DNA of 64,000 nt from Hypanus sabinus (Eukaryota). Of this stretch, positions 1 to 13,700 are shown one piece after another. The position numbers were made by a program, and so were the translations under genes. Under the pieces are notes generated by a model. That model did no database searches. It was not told the origin of the DNA and worked only from the letters and a program-made list of their open reading frames with translations. The first letter of the stretch is position 1. Each line of letters opens with the position of its first letter. Location: assembly GCF_030144855.1 (NCBI RefSeq), contig NC_082707.1, forward strand, positions 84,692,001 through 84,756,000, given 5' to 3'.

Positions 1-782
1 AACAACCATTAAAGCTGTAAAGTGCCCATAAAACAATGTTGACCTTGTGCATCTGCAACCTAACCAGTTCCAAGAACTGTGGATAATGCCAGATACTGGA
101 AGTGTCCAAACGTCTCAATGACCAGTGAAATCACGAACTACTGGTTGGTCCTTTCAGTTCTTAGACTCTCCCCAACCTATCACACCCCACTTTCCAGATG
201 AGATCCTTGGTGTTCCAAACGCCATCCAGCTATTAAACCTAGAAGATGGACACTGTTCTATCCAGCTGATATTCTTGGACTCACTCCTTTGACTCCTCAA
301 TGGCATAACAAAGCAAAGGCAGCAACAGTTAATATGGAATTTCACTGTTGCCATGCTCTGTGAAGAGAGGGAGCAGGATCAGGAATGTAGGAGAGCAAGT
401 GGGTGTGATTTTTTCCCAAGGTTTCCTCCTCTAAGTAGGCATAATTTCTATTAATATTTTTCATTGGGTGATGCAATTAGATTTTCCTGCACATTTTGCA
501 TGATATGGGTTATTGAAATCTCAACTTCACAAGTGAAGATGGAACAAGAGAGATTTAGTGCATTGCTGGTTTTGTCCTGCATCAGAGGGAGACACTAATG
601 AAGTTCATTCACCTTTTCCTGTTCCTTCACCCACTGCAAAGATTCATCTTTTCACAATAGTTAATTCAGCAGTGTCAGTAGTGTTAAAGTTAATACAGAA
701 ATTCACTGTCATATTGGATTTAAGAAAGAATTTAAGAAAGAATGAAGTTTGGTTATATTTAAGCCTTCACCAAATGAACATT

Positions 783-965
783 TAAACACTGCAGATGCTG
801 GAAGTCTGAAATAAAAACAAAAATAAAATTATCTGCAGTTGGCCAGTCAGCATCTAAGGAGGGAAATGAATGTTTTGGGTCAAATGTTGAAGGCTCCTGG
901 CCTACTTCCCTACATAGATGCTGTCTGACCTGCTGAGTTCCTCCACAGGTTTGTGAGTGTTGTGT
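783..965. mobile_element. Degraded Penelope-like terminal fragment (inverted arrangement)
   Basis: ctgcagatgctgg...cagcatct and agatgctgtctgacctgctgagttcctcc match the 3' end of the element at 46601-46690 in both orientations. Confidence 0.6.
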
Positions 966-1648
966 CTCCATTAAATCTGCTCAAACTTTTTGCCTCAAAA
1001 CAACTACATCTTCTTTAGTCTCTACATGAAATATATTTGCACATCCTTGGTATCATTCTATGTATATTCTAAGATTTTGCCATCCTTTCTAAATTGCAGT
1101 TGGCATAATACTCCAAATGGTTTATAGAGATAACCCAAGGAAGTTTAACAAAGTATTTTTGTGCTCTGTGCTTCTATGTGGCCTTTTTAAGGCATATTGC
1201 CACTTTACCCCTCATCAGAGTGTTTCCAAGCCCTCCTTAATGTTACATCATTTGGCTTAGTTTGCCTCATAACACATTATTTCACACTTTTATGCATTAA
1301 GGCTAATTTGCCGTGTAGCACGTTGGACAAATCTATATCGATGTTCTTCTTACACGTGCTTCTATCCTTCTCAGTTTCCTCCATCTCCAAGTTTTGGCTG
1401 AGCTTCAAACTTCTGAAATTCTGTCCTGAATGTTAAAGTCAATATCTCAAAAAATGAGCAAAAGTTCTAAACTTAGCCCCTCAGGGGTACCACTACATGC
1501 TTCCTTTTAATCTGAAAGAATTGCGGTCCATCGTTATGTTCTGCATTCTTTAGCACTGTGACTGTCACACTGTTATTCACTTGGGCTTCCCTGACTCAGT
1601 GGCCAAAAGGAGTCATGTATTCTTTATTTGTGTTGTTCTTTAATTCAG

Positions 1649-1783
1649 AAAACCTCAACTGTGAATATAAGAATGGCTTCTGTCAACAGTATTGCAGCAT
1701 CAACAGAACGACAAAAATGCCAACGTGTTCCTGCGCTGAAGGTTATCAGCTAAATCAAGATCAACAGCACTGTTCTGCAAGTG
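1649..1783 (+). CDS. Protease exon: EGF2 domain ([16 protein letters not shown]...[19 protein letters not shown])
   Basis: ttcag| acceptor, G|gtacta donor, 135 nt, phase 1-1, six-Cys coagulation EGF2 pattern. Confidence 0.9.
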
Positions 1784-4700
1784 GTACTAGTTACCATTTC
1801 TTATTTTTACACACAAATATATATATAAAATTTACTAATGCTGACGGGATCACATTGTTCTCTACTCCCAAATACTCCTTGAACAGAGTGGCCATATCAC
1901 TTCAAAGGACAGATAATGGTCAACTAAATTGGTGGGTTTTGAGTTACACATTGACCAGCAGATTTCCTACTCTGGGAGACAGTAGCAAAAACAAATGAAC
2001 CAGATGGATTTTTAAATGCCAATAAGTCAATAGTGCATTTATTTCAAATTTACTTAATTCCATTAATTTAAATTCCATGGTATGATTGAAAATGGTGTCT
2101 CCAAATTAATATCTCTAGCCTATCGAGTGACTTTCAACCAGTCTTGCAATTAATTCAAAGCTATCAATTCAGTAACTTACTCCTCAGCCAAGTGCCCAAA
2201 TTAACTTTAAGCCAATGTTGCAACTTGGGATGTGAACTTCTGCTCGAGAAATTCCAGACTAAAAATCGGATTATATGAAATATCTACAATTTTTATCAAA
2301 AATCGCACATAAAGGTATTAACATAGAATATAGAATAGTACAGCACATTACAGGCCCTTTGGCCCACAATGTTGTGCCGACCCTCAAACCCTGCCTCCCA
2401 TATAACACCCCACCTTAAATTCCTTGTATTGTATAAATTCATGTATACCTGTCTAGTCGTCTCTTAATGTAGTATATCTGCCTCCACCACTGATTCAGGC
2501 AGTGCATTCCACGCACCAACCACTCTCTGAGTAAAAAACCTTCCTCTAATATCCCCCTTGAACTTCCCTCCCCTTACTTAAACCCATGTCCGCTTGTACT
2601 GAGCAGTGGTGCCCTGGGGAAGAGGTGCTGGCTGTCCACTCTGTCTATTCCTCTTAATATCTTGTACACCTCTATCATGTCTCCTCTCATCCTCCTTCCC
2701 TCCAAAGAGTAAAGCCTAGCTCCCTTAATCTCTGATCATAATGCATACTCTCTAAACCAGGCAGCATCCTGGTAAATCTCCTCTGTATCCTTTCCAGTGC
2801 TTTCACATCCTTCCTATAGTGAGACAACCAGTATTGTTTGATCTTTTCCAGCAGGTATTATTTATTTGGAAATTGGACAAGACACTCTCTAATTCACTTA
2901 AGCACACGTCATTTTACTTTGCATTTTGTGCATATAATATTGTCATCAACCTGCCTAGCAGAAATTATATAGAAGTTCATGGCCTACAATCTTCACTTCT
3001 CACTCATAGTGAAACAATGAACAAACCACATGGCAAGTTGGGAACTTTATGATTTAAAAGATCCTGATGCAATAGCAATGTTAACAGTACTGAGACAGCA
3101 CATTGATTTCACATGCTGCAGACAAGCATCACTAATAAAGGTCTCAGGGCTTGAGTACCTTGCTGCAAGGCCCTTGCATCTATTACCATAATGACCAATA
3201 TGGCAATGGCTTGATTGGGCAGCTACAAGATGTGGAGTGTTTGTTCAGCACATATATTAACTCTTACATCCTCTAAAAGCCCCTTCTCTTTTCCCTCCTG
3301 TTAATTTCTCTACTCCCTCTACACTTTCCCTCATTTCTGTGGTAGCAGCCAACTGCAAATATACAAGTATGGGAGAAGACCATGAAAGTGGTGATATCTT
3401 AGTTTCTCAACATTATTGAGGTGACCCCTGACTTACTGTAAGTAAATGTCACATCCATTTGAAGTAATAAAATGAATGAGATCCAATTTCTAAACATCAT
3501 GGGCATGCTAGGATGGACACCATAGAAACCTAGAAAGCCTACAGCACAATATAGGCCCTTTGGCCCACAAAGGTGTGCCGAACATGTCCTTACTTTAGAA
3601 TTTACCTTGGGTTACCCATAGCCCTCTATTTTTCTAACCTTCATGTCTCTTAAAAGACCCTGTTGTTTCCACCTCCACCACCATCACCGGCAGCCATTCC
3701 ACGTACTCACCACTCTCATTAAAAAAAAAACTCCTCTGTACTTACTTCCAAGCACCTTAAAACAATGTCCTCTCGTGTTAGATATTTCAGCCCTGGGAAA
3801 AAGCCTCTGATTATCCACATGATCAACGCCTCTCATCATCTTATACACCTCTATCAGGTCACCTCTCATCCTCCATTGCTCCAAGGAGAAAAGGCCGAGT
3901 TCACTCAACCTGTTCTCATAAGGTATGCTCTCCAATCCAGGCAATATCCTTGTAAATCTCCTCTGCACCCTTTCTATGGCTTCCACATCCTTCCTGTAGT
4001 GAGGTGACCAGAACTGAGCACAGTACTCCAAGTGGGATCTGACCAGGGTCCTATATAGCTGCAACATTACCTCTTGGCTCCTAAACTCAATCCCACAATT
4101 GATGAAGGCCAATGCACCGTATGCATTCTTAACCACAGAGTCAACCAGTAGCTTTTCTTTCAGGAAATGTCCCATTAGGGTGTGGACCACATTGACATAT
4201 ACTTCCAAAGGTTTCCTAGAAGCAGTTATAAATTCCATGAAACTTTTGATATCGCTGGGTAAAGGAGGAAATGATGGGGTTTGTAAATCTATTGATTTCA
4301 ACCTTCAACCATTAAAACAGAACACGTCTAAAGTATTAATGTGTTCTAACCTTGATGTGTTTGTAAGCTCACTGTACATATGATCTGACACTTCATGGAA
4401 TATGACAGTTCCTGAACTTCTGGTAAGTAAGTTCAGGAAGCTCATTACTTGCTCTATGCCAGTTTTTACTCAAATACTTGCTGCTGCAGAGTCTGTTCCC
4501 TGTAGTTAGCTGTGGGAATATCTTAATCTTCAGTCAACTGCAGTTTATTATGATTATATATGAATCATTATAATTTATTTAACCTCCTAGATAATACTTC
4601 AAAAATAGTTATTAGTGGAACCTTCATATTCTTCTTTTGTAATTTATTTTTATTGAAGTTTATCATCAAACATACATTTCCATAGATGTATTTCAGATAC

Positions 4701-7700
4701 TGTACATATATATCATTTAATCATATTTGTCACAAATCTCCACATAATAGTTATCTGAGGTATTCACTCATAGAAAGGAGAGGAGAGAAAGAACAATCAA
4801 AATAAGAAAACTACGTACAAGTAGGGAGTGATCTTTCTTTTTACAACATATTTATTGACTTGTGAGAATAAAACTAGGCCTATGAGGTGTTATGTAGTTA
4901 AACCATTTTTCCCAGTATGAATCAAATTGTTCCAATTTATGATTAACAGATGCTGTTATCTTCTCCATTTTGTAAATGTCCTTTGTAATTTCCATCCATG
5001 TATTTAAAGCTGGGCTCTCCTGTGATAACCATTTCCTGGTAAGGGCCTTTTTACCAGCCACCAAGAGTATATTCATTAAATATTTATGTCTTTTCAACCA
5101 TTCTTGAGGTATATACTCAAAATATATGGTCTTACTTTCTAAGGGTATTTCACATTTAAAGATGTCTTGTAGGGCATTATGTATCCCACTCCAACAATCT
5201 TTGATAACGGGGTATTCCCCGTTATATATGATAATGGTTTACATTTTGATTTCCACAACTTCTCCAGTAAACAGGGATGTTACTATCATAATGGGATTTC
5301 TGAGAGGGTGTAATAAAATATCTTATCAAGTTTCTTCATCCGAACTCCCTCCATTTCTGTGAACTGGTACACTTCCATTGATATCTCCAAATTATTGTCC
5401 ATTCTTCCTCAGATATAATTATCCCTCCTTCCTTCTCCCATTTTGTTTTAACATATGAAGTCAAATGAGTTTTAGGATTTGACAAACCCTTATACATGCT
5501 TGAAATGATTCTGCTACCATTGTCTGAATTAAATGCTTTTCTAAATAGCTCTATCAGACATGTACTTGCCTTGGTTACATTTTTAACCATCCTACTAACA
5601 TACTGTCGCATCTGTAAATACTGATAAAAGTCTTGTTTTTCTAATAAATGTTTCTCTTTGAGCATTTCAAAACTTAATAGTGCTCATTCTTTCATCATAT
5701 TACAAATAGCAGTTATTCCTTTAGCTGTCCAGTTCTTAAATCTAGCATCCAGTTCATTCGGCGTAAAATCTGAGTCATATGCACACCATTTAAGAATTGC
5801 AATGTATCTCTCTAGTTTATATTCTTTTATAATAGTTTTCCATATTTTAAGAGTCCTTTCACCCCCGGGTTATCAATAGTATTTATGTAACTTCGTAGGT
5901 TGTTATCAGCCAAAATTGCCTGTATGGGGATGGAAAGTATCCTCTCCTCAATGTTTTTCTACTGAACATCCTATGATGGGTTACACCAACATATCACAGC
6001 TCTCAACTGTGCTGCAAAATAATAATCTTTAAGAGAGGGTAGGCCCCATTCCCATCCCCCCTTTTTTCCTTGGCTAATTGCAAAGTTTTGAGTTATGGCC
6101 TCTTTCCTTGCCATATATATCTTGATAGCATCTTGTTCCATTCATTAAATTGATTTTAGTTAATCTCTATTGGTAGTGTCTTTGAAAAACCCTGTTTGCT
6201 ATGCCCAAGGATTTAAAAAACTCTGTTTGCTGTGCCCAAGGATATCTACTTTCAATTTCTCTCGGTGGCCTATAGTTATATGAAAGTTTTACCTATGTTG
6301 ATCTTGTATCCCGATAATTGGCTATATTGTTCAAAGGATTGCATAAATTTAGGCAAAGAGTATGTTGGTTGCCCTAGATAGATCAGAATGTCATCCACAT
6401 AACAAGCCAATTTATGCTCTGTCCCTTTAATAGTAGTTCCCCTGCTATCTTCATTTTGTCTGATGTATTGAGCTAATGGTTCCAGATATAATGCGAAGAG
6501 TAGTGGTGACCATGCACAACCCTGTCTCATGCCCTTTTCTAGGGTAAAATTATTAGATAGATATCCATTGATTTTAATCCTAGCAGTAGGATTGTCATAT
6601 AGTGCCTGTATAGTTTTAATAATTGTGTCATGTAGACCAAAACTATGTAAAACTCTGTAAAGAAAATTCCAATTAACCGAATCAAATGCCTTTTCAGCAT
6701 GCTTCAATTTAATTTTTTTGTATATGATCCATAACGTGACGTGTCCTTCGTATATTGTCTTGTGTTTGGCATTGTATAATACCTGTCTGATCATTATGTA
6801 TCAGTGTGGGTAGAAACTCTTTTAATCGTTTGGCCATGATTGAGGTAAATATTCTATAATCCACATTAAGAACAGATATTGGTTTAAATGACCCGCATTC
6901 CATTTTATCCTTGCCTTCTTTCGGTATAGCTGAGATTATCGTCTTCTTCCAGCTAGGTGGCATTCGTGCCTTTCTTAGAGCCCAGTTCAGTGTGGGGAGT
7001 AAAACAGGAATTAACTCATTTCTAAATTCTTTGTACCACTCTGCCGTATACCCATCTGATCCTGGTGACTTGCTTAATTTAAGCCTACTAATTGCAGTAT
7101 TTAGTTCAGCTTCAGTTATGTCTGCAGTCATCGTTCTATTTTGTTCTTTGCTTAAAGTGGGTAACTCTAAAGAATTCAGGAAGGTGTCAATCTGGGTTAT
7201 GCTTCCCCCGGAACTTTGGAATACCGAGTTTTGTAAAACATTTCAAACGCTTCTTGAATTTCACCTGGCTTATTTTTTATGGAACCTTCATGTTCTATTG
7301 AATTTGTTACTTTCCAGTGAAATACCCATGTGGGAGAATACCTCTATATGGATCACCAACTCGCACATTCATTGAGGAAGAATATTCCCTCAACGATACA
7401 GATACAGACTTTGAACACTTAAGAAAGTTAAATTACTCTGAATCAGATGCTCGGATACGAATTATTGGTGGAGACCTTTGCAGACGGGGATTTTGTCCTT
7501 GGCAGGTTTGTAACTCAGCAAGCCATAGAAATAAGCTTAATTTTGTGGACATACAATTGGAATGTGTGAAGTCCGGTTGTATTTTGCTATTTTATAAAAC
7601 GTAAATGGTATTTTCATAAACTTGGCATTTAAAGAGTACCACTAACCACCTCTTCCCAGGGCCTGCTGCTGCACAATTGTGCACACACAGAGGTGTCTGG

Positions 7701-10700
7701 AAATAGGGATTGCTGGAATATCCAGAGTGGGATCACTGGGATGAGATCTACACAGTACAAAGAGGAACAGGAAGTGAGAATGCAAAACTAAGAAATTCAA
7801 ATTCCTTGGGAGATGGTGTTGCCCCTTGGTAGGGCAAATGCAAGGCAAGATCCTTAACGGTGTTGTTGAGCAGAGAGATCTTGAGATCCAAGTTCATAGC
7901 TTGTTGAAAGTGGCTACATCTGTCAATAAGGTGGTAAGAAGGGTTATGGAACGCTTGCTTTTATCAGTCAAGGCATTGAGTTCAAAAGTCAAGAGGTTAT
8001 GTTGCAAATTTATTAAACTCTGGTTAGGCCACATCTGGAGGATTGCATACAGTTCTGGTCACTCCACTATAGGAAGGAAGTTGAGGCTTTGGAGAGGGTG
8101 TGGAAGAGTTTTACCAGGACGCTGCCTGGTTAAGAGGCAGCATGAGAAGCTGGATAAACTTGGGTTGTTTTCACTAGAACACCGGAGGCTGAGGGGAGAT
8201 CAGGAAGAGGTTTGTAAGATTATATGAGAGGCAAAGGCATAGATAGACAGTATTATCAGACATTTTAACCAGATAGAGGCCATGCACTGAAGGTGGGTGG
8301 GGGGGTTAGTAGGTTCAAGGAGGATGTGACGGGCAAGTTTTTTTTAATTCAGAAAGCACTGCCTGGTGTGGTGTTTGACGCAAATACATTAGAGGCTTTT
8401 AAAAGACGTTCAGATAGGCACATGGAGAGGTATGGGTATGATTTAGAGAGGAGGGATTAGTGTTTGGATGTTTTTGATATACTTAGCAGCTGGTTCAGCA
8501 CTACATTGTGGGTTCCAGTGCTCTGCTGTTCTGTTCTGAATTAGAACTTGATGAATTCCCATCACTGGACTGGGACCTTCTAAAAGTAACCCCTGAACTG
8601 CTGCACCTACCCCACCCCCCACTTCAAGCAGAGATGTTCTGAAAGCATGGCTGTTGCAAGCATTGAGAATGATCCTCCATGAAGGGCATTAGACCCATCA
8701 GTGAAGAAAGGGAGTCATGCAATCAGATTCTCCAGACTGTTGTTTTTTAAACTAAGGCCATGGAAGTAGTACAGAAGGTGATCTAATCTGGATGAAAGTA
8801 CCCCAATGAGATCTGTTCAATATTGTACTGTGAATATAATTTCATGGAATTAGTTTGATTGTTGCTCAAGTAATTCTCAGTATGCCCGAGTATCTCACAC
8901 TCTACGAGCCTCACAGTCTCTCAGAGATACCTCCTGTACCTAATAAAGGGGCCATGTTCATGGCCTTCTGCTGCTGTTGCCCATCCAATTCAAGGTTCAA
9001 CATGTTGTGCGTTTGGAGATGCTTTTCTGCACACCACAGTTGTTACGTGGTTATTTGCATTTTTATCCACTGGGAGAGTTTTGTTTTTTTGCACCATTCT
9101 CTGTAAACTCAACTGCTGCACATGAAAATCATAGGAGATCAGCTTTTTCTGAGATACTCAAACCACCCTGTTTGGCAACAACAATCATTCTGCAGTTAAA
9201 GTCACTTAGATCACATTTCTTATGTTTGGCCAGAACGACGTCTGAATCTTTTGACCACATCTGCGTGCTTTTATGCATTGAGTTGCCACATGCTTGGCTG
9301 ATTAGATATTTGCATTAACGAGCAGGTGTACCGGTATACCTGGTAAAGTGGCCACTGAATTTATTTTTGTAATTACCTTTAATTTCAGGCATTTCATTGC
9401 TATCTCACTATGCAAAAGAAATCATTAGTGATACAGCATTATCTAAAATTAGGCAAATCAGCTTTAACCTTCGTGGCTGTAATGCAAAGCTCCAAACGGA
9501 ATAAAATCTATTACAACTACACACATCTCATGTATTTGCTTTTGCTGTTCTTAGGTATTGATACAGATGAAGAATGGTTACGGATTCTGTGGTGGAACAT
9601 TGATCAACAATCGTTGGGTTGTGACGGCTGCTCATTGCTTTGATACAATACATCCACACTCAGTTACAGTAGGTAAGATGCAGTAAATGTATTTTAGAAA
9701 AAGATTTAAACATCAACAAAAAAAAAAATCAGCATTGACCATTAATCTGGTTTGTTAGTCACACTCAGATGCAAGTGGCTTTCCTCTTCATTGAAATTAA
9801 CTTTTGGTAGTTTTAAAATTTAATTGCTTCAAGCAACATTGAGTAAAAGATGAATATAAGAACACATCAACAAAAGCACCTAGAAACTGCACTCGTTCTT
9901 TGGTGTGTTAAGTGGAGAGCTGTATATAAAGCACTGCATCCTGTTGGCCCCTCCATGGAAATCTATGAAACTGAAAACACATTTGAAATAGCACTAAGAA
10001 GGTTTGAATACAGAACCATGAGCTTTGTGATGTTCTCATTGACAACTGCTGAATCTTGAGATAGAGTGTGTTCACTGAACAGCTGCATAAAATGCTGCTG
10101 GAGTCAAAAATGAATAAAATGGGGGAGTGAAGGGTGGGTTGGGGAGAGAGAATGCTGCTTGCAGCTCTGATGTTAATAGTGAAGAGATGACTGACTTTCA
10201 GTACCATGTCTGTTAAAGGCTGATGTGCTGTGAACAGAACTGTCATATTTTGCTGAAAATTGTTAATCCTATGATATGCTTCTAGCTTTGTTTGTGAGTG
10301 ACCAGAGGTTGAAGGTTGCCCCCAAATCTCCATTTATGCTGGCAATAGAGGAAAGATAATCCTGACAGTTTTTTTTTTAAATTAGAGAATCAGCATAAGA
10401 CCACAAGTGATAGGAGCAGAATTGGGTCATTTGGCCAATCGAGTCTGCTCCACCATTCAATCATGGCTGATCCTTTTTTCCCCTACTTCCCAGCCTTCTT
10501 CCCATAACCTTCGATGCCGTGTCCAATCAAAAACTTATCAAGCTCTACTTTAAATACAGCCAGCAAACTGACCTCCACAGCTGCCTGTGGTAATAAATTC
10601 CACAAATTCACCACTCTCTGGCTAAAGAAATTTCTCCACATCTGTTTTAAATGAGGCTGTGCCCTCTTGTCCTGGACTTTCCCACCATGGGAAACATCCT

Positions 10701-13700
10701 TTCCTTATCTACCATGTCTAGGCCTTTCAACATTTGAAAGATATCAATGAAATCGCCCCTCACCCTTCTAAATTCCAGTGAGTACCAACCCAGAACTATT
10801 AAACGTTCCTTGTATAAATCTTTCATTCCCAGAATCATCCTTGTGAACCCCTTCTGAATCCTTTCCAATGCCAGCACATCTTTTCTTAATGAGGAGCCCA
10901 AAACTGTTCACAATACTCAAGATGAGGCTTCATCAATAGCAGAACACCACTAGTCACTAATCAGACAAGGATCCTTTCATTCCCACTCAGATTTGTACCA
11001 ATCAGCCAATGCTCCATTTATGCCAGTAACTTTCCTGTAATACCATGGGCTCTTAACTTGGTAAGCAGCCTTATGCGTGGCACCTAGTCAAAGGCCTTCT
11101 GAAAGTCCATATATACAAGATCCACTACATCTGTCCTATGTGTAATCTCCATGACTTCATCTTTAACAACTGACTCCAACATCTTCTGAGGTCAGGTTAA
11201 CTGGTCTATAGTTTCCTTTCGGTTACCTTCCTCCTTTCTTAAAGAGTGACATTTGCAATTTCCTAGTCCTCTGGCACCATGCCAGAGTCCAATGATTTTT
11301 GAAAGATCATTACTAATGCCTCCACAATCTCTACTGCTACTCCTTTCAGCACCCTAGGATGCAGTTAATCTGGTCTGGATGACTGATGTACCCATAGGTC
11401 TTACAGCTTTTTGAACACCTTCTCCCTTGTAATAGTAACTGCACTCACTTCTCTTCCCTTCCACCTTTCAACATGACTCACTGCAAGTGTCTTCCAATGA
11501 AGACTGATACAAATTATTCTGCCATCTCCTTGCCCCCCATTATTTCTCTGGCCTCATTTTCTAGCGGTCATATATCCACTCCTGCTCCTTATATTTTTTA
11601 AGCATACTTAATAAAGCTTTTACTATCCATTTTGATATTGTTTACTGGCTTGCTTTTATATTTCATTTTTTCCCTCCCAATGATTATTTTAAGTTGCTCT
11701 CTGTAGGGTTTTAAAAGCTTCCCAATCCTCTGTCCCCACTAATTTTTGCCTTGTTCTATGTCCTCGCTTGCTTTTACATTAGCTTTGACTTCCCTTATCA
11801 GATAGTTGTACTATCTTGCCATGAGCATTTCTTCATTTCTAGAATACATCTATCCTGCACCTTAATTTTTTTCATCAAGTCACACCACTGCTGCCCTGCT
11901 GTGACCTCCTTCAAACTGACTTTGGCAACTCCCCTCTCATACCACTGTAATTTCCCTTAACTCCACTGAAATACTACCACATCAGATTTTATTTTATCCC
12001 TATCAAATTTCAAGTTGAACTCAATCATAGTGATCACTGCCTCCTAAAGGTTCTTTAACCTTAAGCTCCCTAATAACCTCTGGTTCATTACAGTGTAGCT
12101 GATCCTCTAATGACAAACTGATCTAAAAAGCCCACTTACAGGCTTTCAACAAACTCACTCTCTTGAGATCCATTTCCAACCTGATTTTCTCAATTGACTT
12201 GCATGTTGAAACTATCATAACATTGCCCTTTTCTATTTCCTGTTGTAATATGTGGTTCACATCCTCACTACTGCAAGGAGGCTTGTATATAACGGCCATC
12301 AGTGTCCTTTTACCCTTGCAGTTTCTTAACTCAACCCACAAGATTCAACATCTTCCGATCTTATGTCACATCTTTCTACTGATTTGATGCCATTCTTCAC
12401 CTTCTTATCCCTCTGAAACAATGTAACAGGCCCTGATAATAGGCCCTTCCTGCCCTATGAGCAAAAACCCAATTACACCCACGTGACCAATTAACCTATT
12501 AACTTGTCCATTTTTTTTTTGGGGGGGGGGGAGTGGGGAAAACCAGAGTACCTGGAGGAAACAGATAATGTCATAGGGAGAACTACAAACTCCTTATTGA
12601 CAGCACGGAACAGACTCCAAGCCACTGGGGCTGTAATAGCTTTAAGGCTGCTATGGGTATCACTGTTTGCACTGTTTGTGCATCTGACTCCCTGTACGCA
12701 TTATTTTACTTGTGTACAGCTATGGAAGTGACAAGACCAATTTCCTGTGGGCTTAACTACACTGGAAAATCATCATGAGCATGATCTCAGCTGAGTAGCA
12801 TTACCTTCAAGTGTGATTTCCACACAAAAAAATTTTTGCAAATTGATCCAATTTCTAGGCTATGGTTTATTACAGGAACACAAAGTATACAAGTTGTACT
12901 GTGATATGAGTATCCACTTCTTCCAAAATATTAAAAGTAGACATTGAACAGTTTTTATAGTGTTTCTCCCTCATTTCCATCTTCCCTTTGCTCATTTTCT
13001 TGACTTCAGCTGTATTAATTTCCCTCTTAATTGCCTTTCTCCTTAGTACTTCAGACTCTACAATCTCACTCAGGCATTTTCTGCTCATCCTGTCTCAGCT
13101 CTTTAGTTACTCCTCTCCTTTATCTGTCAGCTTGCATCCTGTTGAGTATTTCAGCATTTTCTGCTTTTAGTTCAGATTTCCTGTATTTAGAGTTATTTTT
13201 ATCCAAATGGATTCTCACCAGTTGATTTCACTGCTCTAAAGTAAAGCTTTTGCTTTAGATTTGAACAAAACCTATTATAGCATGAGACCACCTAAACAAT
13301 AGTGTACATTCTAGTTTTTTGAGGGAATGATCTACTAGTTCTATTATTTCACTCCTTTTTCGTAGTACATTTCAGAAAGGATCAGGATGCTGCCTGGCCT
13401 ACTGAGTTCCTCTGACATTTTGTGTTTGTTGCTTGAATTTCCAGCATCTGCAGATTTTCTCTTGTTTAGAATGTCTATTTGAATTGGTTCCAATACCCAT
13501 TCTGAACATATCAGATTATAAAAACTGTAGAAGTTAAATGACTGGTTCTTACATTTTGTTGTTAATCCCCACAGGTGAATTTGATAAGCTCCGGACAGAG
13601 ACCTGGGAACAGAATGTTTTGGTGAAGAAGTTTCTGACACACCCTCAGTATAATCCAGTAACATATGACAATGATATTGCCCTGTTGTATTTGAATCAGT

